The notes beneath the pieces are model-generated. The model saw only the letters and a program-made list of their open reading frames with translations, did no database searches and was not told the DNA's origin. From Massalongia carnosa (lineage: Eukaryota): a stretch of DNA of 64,000 nucleotides. Shown here piece by piece: positions 1 through 12,019 of this stretch. The position numbers were made by a program, and so were the translations under genes. Location of the stretch: positions 1,488,001 through 1,552,000 of the forward strand of contig OZ287076.1 of the NCBI GenBank assembly GCA_965645245.1, read 5' to 3'. Every line of letters begins with the position of its first letter. Within the stretch, counting starts at the first letter, position 1.

Positions 1-644
1 ATCCAACTCATGAGATTACCGGACTCTAACAGCCATCCCGATTTACAGATGAACTCTATCAAGATACATACTCCGTCCGAGAAATCGGGAATCTGCCCCA
101 AGAAATTGCGGTCCATTGGACTAAATAGGGTTTACGAGCGAGGGGCTGTAACTGTTCCGATGGGAATGTCAATCAAACAGATGCAACTTTGCAAGGTGAT
201 ACAGGTACCCTGTAAGCCATGCTCATCTTGGCTAGCGTGGCTAGATACCGAAAGAATTGTCGGCTAAAATCAGGTTTTACGTTTCAAATACATAGGAAGC
301 AGAGGAATTGCCGACTTGACACACATTTTATAACAGGTACTCTATACTTAATCCTCTGTAGCTTGTCCCACGTTCATACTACATGCTACTGCTAGAGAAA
401 ATCTTTCCTAGACGACATAACAGACAAGAATTCTCCCCTAGCGTCTACCTATTAAAGGAACGTATAACACACTATCCGTCCATGTTGAAAGGAAACTGAC
501 TCCACATGGATAAACATCCTAAATAGAGTATCCTAGCATATTCCAAGGAAAATGTTAACGCAGCGGTGGCTAATGATTAAGACATCGGTAGAACTCATGA
601 TACGAGTGACCTGTTCGAAGTCGTGGGAATCCTGAGATCCGAGG

Positions 645-1306
645 TCAGGCGCCTGTGGCGAGGCGACTCAAGGTGGTGGGCTTGCCAAGTAGGTCAAGGC
701 TTCTTGTTGAGACTGTCAGATATGTCGGCGTCGCAGCGTGTCTTAGAGGATGAGATGGTGGGGTATGGGCCACGCTCCTGGTGGGATGGATGGTCTGAAA
801 CACCGAATAGCTTGCAGTTCGACGAGCTAAAGATCGAATAATTGAAGCTGAGACATGCCCGGATGTGTTTCCTAGGCTTTTTTTGCTGCGTTTTCGAAGA
901 CTTTGGTGTCGAATCAGAGGTGGGGAGATGACGGAAGCATTTGTCTCGTAGCTGGAGCATTTTGAGAGGGTGCGATGAAGCGCAGAGCCGAATTGAGCCG
1001 TTTGGCATTGGGAGGAAAGACATTGAAGAACAGTCTGGTCGCATTTTAGCTTGTGCACGGCATGATCGTAATGTGAAAGCTTTACACGCTGGAAAAGCTG
1101 GTCCTCGCACAAGCATCCTGTTCCATTGTTGCAAGGACTGACGATTCTGGAGTTATCCCAACATTTTCCTACACATGCTGGTGGCCTGTTAGCTCACTCT
1201 ATAGAAGTGCAAACAGGGGTTAATGTATACCTGGCGATGATAGCTCGGGGATAGCACAGGCGCTATGTAGAATGGCGAACAGTAGGATGATGAAACTAGT
1301 ATTCAT
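645..1306 (-). CDS. Secreted CFEM-domain protein (3 exons; introns ~1178-1230 and ~1035-1085)
   Basis: Signal peptide MNTSFIILLFAILHSACA. The spliced product reads PACVGKCWDNSRIVSPCNNGTGCLCEDQLFQRTVLQCLSSQCQTAQFGSALHRTLSKC, with 8 Cys in CFEM spacing, followed by an S/T/P/R-rich tail. Both introns are GT-AG. Confidence 0.75.
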
Positions 1307-1984
1307 AGCGCTTAGATAACAGGCTCTGAGCTCAACTATCGCAACAGAAGAGAGAAGTGAAGATTTAGATAAGATGGGGCGATTTGGCCTGGTGAGAAGT
1401 GACTCTGTACTTGAAGTAATGACAGGCAAAGGTTACGCAACGAACGAGAATTTTAATGTACTGGGATTAAAGTAATATTGAAAGGTATTGAACGATGTTC
1501 TATGGAGAAGTGGAGATTGTGACATAGAACGTTTCTTAGATGGGTGAGAAAATAAAACGGCAGGCACTAAGCTTTCCTTCAGATCGTTCGACATGGAAGG
1601 TGCGTTTATCGCCAGCATGTAACCCCAGATTGCGGTTCTTGGCTGAGAGGAAGTGCCAAAAACCAGCGGTAAACTATCAGCTAAACTTCCTCAGGTTTGC
1701 TCTGTCGCCATAGTTCATTATTCCTTTCGTTTTCAAGGAGCACGACAAAGCAAAAGAACGCCGAAATAAAGGATTTTGGCTGAAGAGGTAGAAGCAAGTT
1801 ATACATGCTTGCATCGGCTGAAGAGTGCTTTGTGCCAATTTTTAAGATTATGACTTGAACCCCCCTGTCGTAATTATCATGAGAGAGGTCTTGCTTGACA
1901 GGGGACAATCCAAACCTCATTTGATAGGAGTTCATGTCAAGCACAAAAGCATGTACAATCTCTCCACAGATGATAAATCACATG

Positions 1985-3050
1985 TTAATAAAATAGCAAG
2001 TCGATCTTGCCATCAGTACTGTTATAGCGGCTTTTTAGTTCGAATCTGTTCAGAAGTTGCAAAAGGGGTTTCTGCGTTTCGACCATGTCAAAGATGCCCC
2101 TTTTTTTCACATCAACATAGGAGCAGTCTACAACCACCCGCTGCAAGTCATGAAACGACAGAGCGCCTTTAGTCCTAATAAGCATAATTTCATAAAGCAA
2201 GATGAACTCAAACATACCAATGTTTAAAAGCTCCAATATTCTCGAAGGAGTACCCACTCCGATACTCATTCTTCTTTGATCAGTAGGGCAAAGTCAAATA
2301 TCCAGTTCTTTGTTTTCCTGAGAATCTCTTACCTCGTCATCTTTACATATTCAATGGCGTCTTTTAGTTTGATATGTTTCGCAAACAGTTTCGCTACAAT
2401 GGCGTTCTCACGCTGGAATGTGCGTAGAACTCTAAAAGGTGTCCATCAATAAGGAGTCAAGGTTGCAGCAATAAGAGTACAGACCGTGTAACATCTGCTG
2501 CTCTTAGACCCGAAGGATTTATAACAAGCGTATGAGGGGCTCCTGGTCTTGTTGATGCCGCGGAGAGACACCTAGAGATTTCCAGGGGCGAGCTGTGTTG
2601 GTTGAGAAATTCAGGCAAATTCTCAAGTGACCTTGGTTTAACATAATTGACCGTATCCCGAATAGCACTCTCTATATCACTTGATTAGCAAAGCAACTCT
2701 CACGCCAGAGGAAGCTTATGAATTGGCACACCTGGAATATACAAATCTTCAAGTTCGACAGGGCTTAGGTTGGATTGAAACCGCTTTGTGCGTTGAGCAA
2801 CGTAATCTGCGAGCAAACACTTGTCCATTCTACCAATCGCAATGTTCATCACACATTCCGAATCAAGATCCAGGTCAACTTCGCCTGAACGCACTTTCCG
2901 AGCTCTTTCCATTTTCTTCCGCTTCCTCGCTGTTTCATGCTTTCTATCAGTATCTTCCCTAGCTCGCTTCATGGCGTGAGGAGATCGCCGTGTAGAAGGC
3001 GACTGAGTAGAGATTGCACCCGGATGATTAGGCTGGTTTGGCATAATCAT
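1985..3050 (-). CDS. CMS1: CMS1/CMSS1 90S pre-ribosome (U3-associated) protein, multi-exon
   Basis: Family-like segments MDKCLLADYVAQRTKRF..LSPVELEDLYIP, SIGVGTPSRILELL and VVVDCSYVDVKKRGIFDM, joined by GT-AG introns. Confidence 0.85.
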
Positions 3051-3264
3051 TCAACTGTTGATGGAATGAGAAACAAGAAATCTCGGTCTTCACTATATTA
3101 TGTAGATACCATTGTAATTCTGAAATCACAATTTCCATTGCTATGGAACGGTAAAAATATCTCGAAGGGGAGCAAGAGCCTTCTCTAAATATTGAAAATC
3201 CTAGAAACTTGAATGATTTTCTCAAAATATTAATGTGGAAAGTTTCCCGATTTGATCGCTTAAC

Positions 3265-3376
3265 CAAACGCGCGTTTGTCTACTCGATTAGCTCGGTTAA
3301 CTAAAAATTCCCTGTCGTCTAGCCAGTATTTACATTTAACCCTAAGTCAGGCGGAGGCGGGGAGAAACTGCTCATC
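3265..3376. promoter_or_regulatory. Divergent CMS1/CENP-T promoter with candidate MCB-like palindrome and PAC-like site
   Basis: 14-bp palindrome CAAACGCGCGTTTG (3265-3278) and GCTCATC (PAC-like GATGAGC on the minus strand, ~3370-3376). Short motifs; function inferred only. Confidence 0.3.
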
Positions 3377-3430
3377 TATTCTAAATCCGCCTAGGAATTC
3401 TAATGAATGATCACTGCTTCAAAGGTTGAC

Positions 3431-5203
3431 ATGATGTCTGTAGACTTGAGATTTCGTTCTGGCGCTTTATTAGACGCCGAGGTCAGCGCTGAAGATGAGC
3501 TCTCTGCAACCTCAACACGCACTCTTGCAGAAGCTCAGATTCCCCACACTGATCATGACAATGACAACAACTTAACACTATTACAACTAGAAATAGTATG
3601 CACAGTTCAATAAATTTGCGTCTATATAATTGCTAATTTAACTGTTGTTGAAGCCCAAAAAATCAACAAACGTTTCACAAGATGCCTTATTACCGAAGCC
3701 TTCAACCCTGACCCGAAAGCATGACACTCAGCCGCCCCCCATTCAGCCAGAAAATGGATCCATGGCACGTCAGGCAGGCCGAGACGTTCGTCTCGTGAGA
3801 CCAACGGCTCCCACGACACCACATACAATCCGAGCTCTACAATATCAGCATGCTACTACGGCAACTTCTAAGCGCAATAGAAAAAGAAGCATAAATCCAG
3901 TACGCGAGACACCAAGAGACGCAATGAGACACCTTAGCAGAGGTAAGTCTGAGGCTGTTCGTTTGCATGAGAGAATGCGCTCAGTCATAGCAACGTCTAG
4001 TTCTTGCCCCAATGACTCGATTGATTGCACCATCGCCATTACTGCCTCAAAGTATTGCAAATCGTAGAAGCTATACCAATGTAGATTATGAGCTAGAAGA
4101 AGATGGAGCGGCGAATATTCCAAGGTTCTCGCTTCCGATCCACGACGAGAATGACGATGAAAGCTTTGAGGCTACACCGCCACGACTGTCCCTTCCTTTC
4201 GAAGACGGCCTTCTTTCAAGCAGATCGGTAGAGAGAGCAAGACATGTTCACAGCATGCAGCCAGCAGGACGGTATTCCGGAGACAGTCTTGGGGTTAGCA
4301 GATTTAGCGACCGTTTTGCGGATCTGGACGATTCGAATCATAATACACCAAGGAACAGTCAATCCGAGGAGCACTGGCATTCCAGCACTTTGCCTAGGCA
4401 AGTTAGTGACGCACTCGAAGAGATCGAGCATCCTCTAAGAACCAGGTTGGTGACTACCCGAACATAAAAGACATTATAAATCTGATAGAAGGAAAAGTAC
4501 CCAAATTTTTCGGAAGGATAGAATCCAAGATGGAGGCTTCTCTCCATTTATACTACCAGACCATCCGTTGCAAAGTAGCCCAATTGAGGAGGCACAAGGA
4601 ACGTTTGCGTTTGATGTGCCGCCTTTGCCTGCGAACACACCTTCACAGATAATTGACAAGCCCCAGGATGAGAGTCTAACGTGGTCTCGGGGCCTACCAG
4701 CGGGAATTGGTAACAAGAACGGTATGCCCTCCGGGGTTCAGAAGTCAAAGGCAGTAAGATTAAAGAACACGCAACTGTCTCGGCATGGAATCGCTTTTTC
4801 TCCTCTCCCTGCCATGGTCGTTAAGAAAGTTGCCTCAAGATTCGAAGAATCTCCCAAGGGTAAAAAGGCAAACATCAAACTAGACACGCTTGAAGCCATC
4901 ATGGAAGCCAGCAATCAGTTTTTTGACCAGCTTGGTATGGATTTGCAGGCCTATGCTCAACATGCTAGTAGGAAAAAAATTGATGAGACCGATATCACCA
5001 CCATTATGAAGCGGTACGTGACCATATCATTTTTAGTACAGAATTCCTGAGAGCCAGGTATTGATGTTCTATGTAGGCAGCGACGTTTGGCAGCCACAAA
5101 AACGTCCTTTTCTTTAGCTCAAAAATATTTGCCCAGGGAGTTACTTCAAGATGTGCGCATGTGGTCCCGGGGAAAACGAGGGCGGCGAAGAGTTTTTCAT
5201 TGA
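3431..5203 (+). CDS. Centromere protein CENP-T (Cnp20-like) with C-terminal histone fold, multi-exon; start uncertain (3431 or 3762)
   Basis: PTTPHTIRALQ..RETPRDAMRHLSR, then a histone fold (SRHGIAFSPLP..IMEASNQFFDQLGMDLQAYAQHASRKKIDETDITTIMKR) and a last exon QRR..FSLAQKYLPRELLQDVR. Confidence 0.8.
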
Positions 5204-5251
5204 GCATTGATAGAAAGGCATAGGAGAAGTAAGCAAGATATAGATCTGGCA

Positions 5252-6379
5252 TCACCATTCCCTATTTAGCCGGATCCGCCGAGTAATGTCGGAAGGCGGT
5301 TTCCTTATGACCATCCATAACATTACAGAAGTGGCAGCGGATAAGGCATACCTTTTTCTTGATAAGCCATCTCTAACCAAGTTGGGGAGTTTGGAGTGGA
5401 AAATGATTTTATGAACATCAAAGGACGGCTTACCATGTGAAAATATACTGGGTGTGATTATTCCTTAGATTTACTTCAGCAGGCCTACCAATAGGGATTC
5501 CCTTGGCTTCTCTGTCATAAGCCTTCAAAAGATCCGGTTCTGCACTTTTCATCAGTTACTATCTTAAGGCTAACCACTTTGTGCGTAATGAACCACATTC
5601 TTAACGCACCCATGGTTTCTTCAATCCAGACTGGCTCGCTGCCTGTAAACTGTGCCATCTGTTGAACATCCGGAAAATAGAATTCCCCCAATTCTGGTTT
5701 ATTTAAGGGTGTGAAGAGGTTTTTACGCCAGGGCTCCCTCAAAAGGCCTTCGACCCTAATGGGCCCCTTTGATAGGCCTTCCGTCCTATCCATCTGCCTC
5801 TTGAGCTTCTTTGGGATCCATCCTCTGTTCACCAAAACCGTAGAGGCATGAGAATCCCGTTCAAGGGGTGTTACCACCAGATATCCATCGTTACCGTTAT
5901 GAATGCGTGGGCCAATGAGCATCTCCTGATCATGCCGTAAACGCCCTGTTGCGTAGACTCTTCGATAATCAAAATCATTAATTGCTGATTGATCAATATG
6001 TGGAGGTAAAGGTAAGGGCTCCCGTACAATACGATCCTCGAACCTGGCGATTAACTCTGTTTTCCAGCCAAGCCTAAGGACCTGCCAAGTTCCCAGAGCA
6101 AATGCGGTGAGCGGAATCAGAGCTGCTACTATATTAACAACCAAGTCCTTAGCATACAACTCGATTGAAACTACCTAAAACGATAAGGCCAGGGCCATGA
6201 CGTCTACCACTTCTTACCAGGGTTGGAGGATTATCGACAATAGAGCGAAAGCTGGGATCTTCAGCAGGGATATGTGCCAGTCGCCTCGCTCGGCCATATG
6301 TAGCCTTTGCTTGGAGAATTCGCAGGTTTGCGTGAGGTTTGAAGCCCAAAATCAGAGATGCTACGGGCTTGGAATTCAT
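5252..6379 (-). CDS. SHY1: SURF1/Shy1 cytochrome c oxidase assembly factor, multi-exon
   Basis: AFALGTWQVLRLGWKTELI, GYLVVTPL, VLVNRGWIP, and a C-terminal NHTQYIFTW plus TM helix. Confidence 0.92.
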
Positions 6380-6631
6380 TGTTTTGGCAGAGAGCTCCAG
6401 GGGCTAATCGAGATTGTTGAGACGGGAAGATAGCCAGGTAAGAAACATTCAAGGCCTTTCATTGATCTATGAATGTAGCCTCATATGTTCCCACTGACTG
6501 AGTCAGGTACTCCGAGTATTTTGTTCAAGTAGAGAGCAGCATTTAATACTCTGTACAGAATTAGGGTGTGTCAATAACATTATATTACTCTGTACAGAAT
6601 ACATAGTAAATCGGCCCCAGTAGTTAGCGTG

Positions 6632-6860
6632 CCACGCGGTGCGAAAAAAAGTTGACACACCGATATAAGATTCCCCACTAAATCTTCAATACATGACTTA
6701 CTTCTATGATTTGTTTGAAAGGAACAAAACGAACAGTTACTGCTTAGATTCATGATTTAAATTAGTTGTTCGACATTAACGATCGCACAGAAAGAATAGT
6801 TTTGTATTTGTATTTGAGGAGTAAATTAATAAAATCCTGATTTAGGTGTGTCAACGCGTG
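6632..6860. mobile_element. Degenerate ~230-bp MITE-like element
   Basis: Left 30-bp end CCACGCGGTGCGAAAAAAAGTTGACACACC. The right end GGTGTGTCAAC-GCGTG is the inverted copy with an internal deletion. The same 30-mer (29/30) recurs inverted at 21460-21489. Confidence 0.6.
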
Positions 6861-7096
6861 CGTGCCAAGAAGAAAGAGCAAGCAAAAAAATACCAGACTA
6901 GCTACCCCAATAGCTCTGTTTAGAAAACAGCATAACTAGCTTATAATACATAGCTACTTTCATCAGAATTTCAAGCTCTCCCGTTTCTTCAAACTTCCAT
7001 TCTCCAAGAAGCTTTCTTTGCCTCTCATCCAACGACATCATTTCTAGAGAAAACTTCGCTCTGAACTCATTTTCCCATACCCTTCCAGACGCCACC

Positions 7097-7781
7097 ATGC
7101 CCCGACAGCGTCGTGGAGCTGCTACCCCGGCCCGATCGGCCCCCTCTCGTCCTGTCGCCGCCCCAAACCGACCACACGTAACGCCACCTCAGCAACCCAC
7201 TCGCTCTGCTAGCACCGCGGCTCAACCACCTACGACAACACAACAGGCTGGGCCCCCCGCCGCCCAAGGGGGGAAAAGCCCGGGTTTGTTTGGACAAATG
7301 GCTTCGACGGCGGCGTAAGGATACCTGCAAATTTCGTCTCCTAGTTTGTTTATACATACTTTATAAGACTCATTCATTACCGGATACAAATTTACTATTT
7401 TTATCTCTCCTTGTTTGACCTTGTACTCTTCGCTAACAGAGCATTATTTTTAAAGGGGTGTGGCGGTCGGATCGTCCATAGGTCATGCAATTGGCGGTTT
7501 CTTTGGTGGATCTAGCGGCGCTCCGGCCGAAGCCCAGCAACAGGACAATCCCGTCGCTACCCAAGCCAACAATGCCGGCTATCAAGCCAACGATTGGGGC
7601 GCTCAAGGCTGTGAAAACGATGCGAAGTCTTTCACCAAGTGTTTGGACGAGAACGGGGGAAATATGCAAATCTGTGGCTGGTATCTCGATCAACTGGTAT
7701 ACACATAGTGGTCTTGATTTTGTGGACATCAAGCTAACTACATTTTAGAAAGCGTGTCAATCCGCGGCGAGCCAGTACTAA
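7097..7781 (+). CDS. MIX17: Mitochondrial intermembrane CHCH (twin CX9C) protein Mix17/CHCHD2 family, 3 exons
   Basis: GLFGQMASTAAGVAVGSSIGHAIGG followed by CENDAKSFTKC..CGWYLDQLKAC. Confidence 0.92.
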
Positions 7782-8121
7782 TAGGCATCAATTCCCTTCT
7801 ACTCTTGGCACAGGTTTTTCTCTTAAAGCGGGACGCCATTATAGTTGTTTGTATCTCCTAACGTAGGGGGTCTTCCGATGACGGTTTCCGTATTGGTAAT
7901 TGTCCTCGCAGCTTGGTTTCCTTTGGCCAATGTTTGTTGAAGTTTTGTTAAGTACAAAGAGTCAAAGCATAGTTTACTCTTCACATGGTAAGTTTGCTAA
8001 TAAACTATGTAATCCACACAATAAACTTGTCTACTCGATGCCACAATCTGGAGTAAACTTTTCTATCTATTAAGCCCTATAGATGAAAATGAGTGTCGTA
8101 TTTTACATGCCTTTGGCGCCT

Positions 8122-9829
8122 TTAACCCTCATCTTCATTAGGTCTTGGTTCGAAATTGAGCTACACCAGTTAGCTCAGATTACCTTCGCGCCATACGAGG
8201 ATGCAACATGCCTGATTGCCATTGTAAAGCTGGTGCTTTTCTTGACCCTCGCGCTGATCTCTTAACGTGCGGATTCTGATCCCCGATTCACTTCCTATGG
8301 CTTCTCCCTGCCCTTGAGGGGTGGTTTCTTCAGCCTGTCGAGCTGCTTGGCCAAAACTCAGGAACGCCCCGAGAACCCCAGCTAGCACGTTGATTCCCGC
8401 GGAGGCGGCACCATAAGCGGCAGAAACTCCTCTGAAAATGATGCCTTGGTTAACCTCGTAAGCTGTGGTATAGCCTTGCACAGGGACTTTCACAAGCGTG
8501 GCGCTAGGCACAAAGCCCAGAGATCTTAAGCTCTCTTCTTCTTCGGACAGATGGATGGTCCGATTCGGGAGAGGTGAAAGAATCTGCTTCAACGTATAGG
8601 GACTATCTCCGTCGGACCCTTGGTCGTTAATCCATGCACGGACAGATTGCAAGGTTTCATGCAACGGGAATCTCTTCCTGATTGTACTTCCGTCGAATAG
8701 CCTTACTTGTAACGCACAGTCATCCCTGGGCTTTGAACTGGTACTGCTGATTTCCCTTAAAATCTGTCCATTGACGAGGCCATTCGCGCCGTCGTTAGCT
8801 TCAACTTTTCCAGCAAGCGCCTTACGCCGTTCCTCCTTTTCCCTACGAGTGGCCTTATCATTTTGGATATCCTTCATGATTCTCTCTCGCTCAAGGCGTT
8901 CATCCAGTTGCCTTCTTCGTTGTTGCTCCGCGTAGCTGACTTGTTTTGCCTTCGAAGGATCGGGTGAGTTTCTCATAGCTTCTTGTTGAGCCTCTACCTT
9001 TGCTTTCCAGATGGCTTTCTCGGCTTCGTCCTTCGCTTTCTTGTCGGCTTCCAGTCGCCTTCTTCGATCATCTAAAAGGGTTTGAACTCTAGACGAGGCC
9101 TGCGATAAATTTGATGAGCTTTCCCCAGACGAATTTGCGGTTTCATCGAGGTTACTTTGAGTAAATGCCGGAAATTCTGTATTGTTCGAAGATGATGAAA
9201 GAACAGAAGGTGCTAATGACATAGTCGCCGGTACGGAGCGCTGCGAAACCGAAGACGAGGGTAATACATTCGAACGAGTACCTATGGCGTTCAAAATCTC
9301 CTCTTGAAAACGGATTTTCGACGTTCCTGATTTGAGTTCAAGCAAGAGCTGGCCTTGACTTGAAGTATTATTTAGAAAAAGCCAAACCTGTGCTAGAAAA
9401 TAACATAGCTTCTATGTCCAATAAAAGAGAACCATACTAACTAAGTATCAATGTCGGGGCGACTGAGATTGGATAATATGCTGCCAGGTAGCTCGCTTCA
9501 AGAGAGTTTTCCCTTATACGTAACGTAATAGCCTTTGCGGCAAGCGATGTTACAATCTGATCGTAGCAGACGATTATTAAAGACGAGCAATCACTAATAA
9601 TAGGATTTGTGAGATTACCTCACTAGACGAGAAATAATCTTCCTCCCACTGTAGGCTTTCTTCATTATTTCCTGATAAATGCCCCAATATTAGCATTCCA
9701 GCCTTACAAGGAGGAGCAATAGTAAGACCAACCTGCCACGAAACAGACAACCGGTTTGTCTTCCTCAATAGCTAGAGAAATCCCCGCATGCAAATCTCCC
9801 TCAAAAAATAAGTTTTCCGAAGATGACAT
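8122..9829 (-). CDS. UBX-domain protein (Ubx7/UBXN4-like Cdc48 cofactor), multi-exon; last intron GC-AG
   Basis: N-terminal FFEGDLHAGISLA..PVVCFV, a coiled coil, the UBX domain CALQVRLFDGSTIRKRF, and C-terminal LYNGNQ|LNFEPR. Confidence 0.85.
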
Positions 9830-10603
9830 GTTGAGATGGTTACAGGAATGAAAATCGAATTGGGACACGTTGACAAAGGATATGAACAGACTCGGCCTCG
9901 GTACAGAGTACATTAAAATAGCCGCCACATCCGTAGAGGCGCAACTTGCTTGTAACTAGTTGATTGCCTTGCGGTTAACGATTTGCCTTACAAGTCACAT
10001 CCACTTCCAACAAATTTAAGAACATGTACGGTGATTAGGGGCGCAGGCGTTTCACGGGGCTACGCTGAAGCTCGTCAACTCCGTTGATCAGCTAATATTC
10101 AAATATGTCTCCCGCTATCCTTTCAGAGTATACTCTATATACTACAATGTCTTTCACCCAAGCTTAGCTAGGCCCAAAGGTTATAAATCATCCAGCGCTT
10201 GTAGCTCATTTGGCTTTGGTTGCGTTTCAGTAGTTGTAGATCTCGTTATGATTTCCTTAGCCTCTTTATCGATTCATATGGCCCATCCTCATGATCCAGT
10301 TCCAGCTCAGCTACCTACCGGTAATTTGGCAACTGGCTTGACTGATACTCGATGAAAATATCCTTATCATGCGTATCGACCAACTCGAAGGTTCGATATA
10401 TACAGAGGATAATGCTTGGGCAAGTTCGGGTTAGTTAACGCCTCCCCAAAGACTTTCTAGAAAGAGGCTATTTTTAAGCTTCGTTTAAGATTATTCGGTT
10501 CTTTCCAATCTTCTGTTCATACAACTAAGACAAAACTGCAAGGAATGAGCAAAGTAGCTACTCTTTGATGCTGATGGTTGAGTCTTTCTTCTGGTTTGTT
10601 GAG

Positions 10604-11414
10604 TTAAACTTCTTTTACGTCCATTGGCAGTCGTTGTTTCTTTCGTTTTTTTACTTGCTTTTGTTCCTTTGCCGATCCTTTATGCAAACCATTTGCATCA
10701 TTACCTAAGGTCGTTGAATCAACCTTCATATGAAACTTGTTTGAACGCTTCGTGTTAGTGCCCAGAATCTGTGCAGATGTATCTGAAGCTGCAGATGATT
10801 CTGATTCAGAGCTGCTATTGACAGATACATTGGTTCCTGAATGATTCCCAATAGGGTGAACTGATTTTCGTTTATTAGAGAGTGCTGCTGAATCCAGAGT
10901 CGTCGTAGCTTTATCTTGTACTTGCTGTTGGGATCGACTAAGATCATATTGGTTATTGCCAGCCTAACCTCTCTAGATTAGTTGGCGATCGAGCTGTCGT
11001 TGGGGTTTCTTCACCAAAGCATTCCTAATGATTCTCCCCGCAGCAGACTTATCAAGTCTCACAGCGGGGTTACGAGGCCCGCCAATATCCACATTTTGTA
11101 TTTTCTCAAAGTATTGCTTAACTCTTGTTAGCTCCCGAAATATAGGATGCTCCTTGGCATTCACGCCATTCAACCGCAAGTACGCTTTCATCATCAGTAT
11201 ATAATGTAGGAAATCTGACTTCTGATAGCTCACAAAACAAGAGGGACTCGATCGCGTAGGTGATAAGGACGTAAAGTTGAGCCTTGTCCAAAAGAGGTAA
11301 ATTCCCAACACTCTCTGGCAAAGTACTTTTCAGGAATAGTGCAAGGGTCTCCTTGAGGTCATCAACGTTGTCTTCTAGGGTTTCCAGGAGCAGGCTTAAG
11401 TCAGATGCGTCCAT
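10604..11414 (-). CDS. LRP1: Exosome cofactor Rrp47/Lrp1 (C1D/Sas10-Utp3 family), 3 exons
   Basis: LPLLDKAQLYVLITYAIESLLF..YLRLNGVNAKEHPIFRELTRVKQYFEKI..LDKSAAGRIIRNAL, then a Lys-rich tail. Confidence 0.85.
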
Positions 11415-12019
11415 AATGAAGACAGAAGTCCAGTAACCTGGAGGTACTGAAGACCTGGATACGTTTATCGCGTGCTCTTGAATGTAAGTGGCTTCGAGAA
11501 GATTGGTGATGGCATATAAATGGCTCGAGTAATCGTTTTATGGTCAGCACAAAGTATGTGGAGCTACCGTCGCTGCTATTTTCACTAGGATGCCCAATTC
11601 ATTGTAAATGTAGCCATGTTTAGCATAACTTTCATAAATCCGGAATTGAGAGATTCCATCAAAGCTTGCTTACTAATCCAGAAGAAGAAATTCGAGGTCT
11701 GATTGGCTCATTCACATAACTATATAACGAACGATTAGAGCATTCTGGCAAAGGCATCATCGACGTTTTCGAACATGTTCACTTAAACAATATAGCAATT
11801 CTGATTTCTTTTAAAGCAACGCTTCACATTCGCTTTTTCTCCAAATCTTTACCAGCTCTTCTCCATCTCAGCCATCAGTCCATACGCGACTGAAATGTTA
11901 TAACAGTCAAAGGAAATCTTTTAAGTGGCCGCGATTAAGTTACGCTCGTCATACTGTCTCTTCGTACATACCGTCGGCCGCTCTTACGGGCTTGGGCCCT
12001 AGCCTCATGCCCGTCTTAT

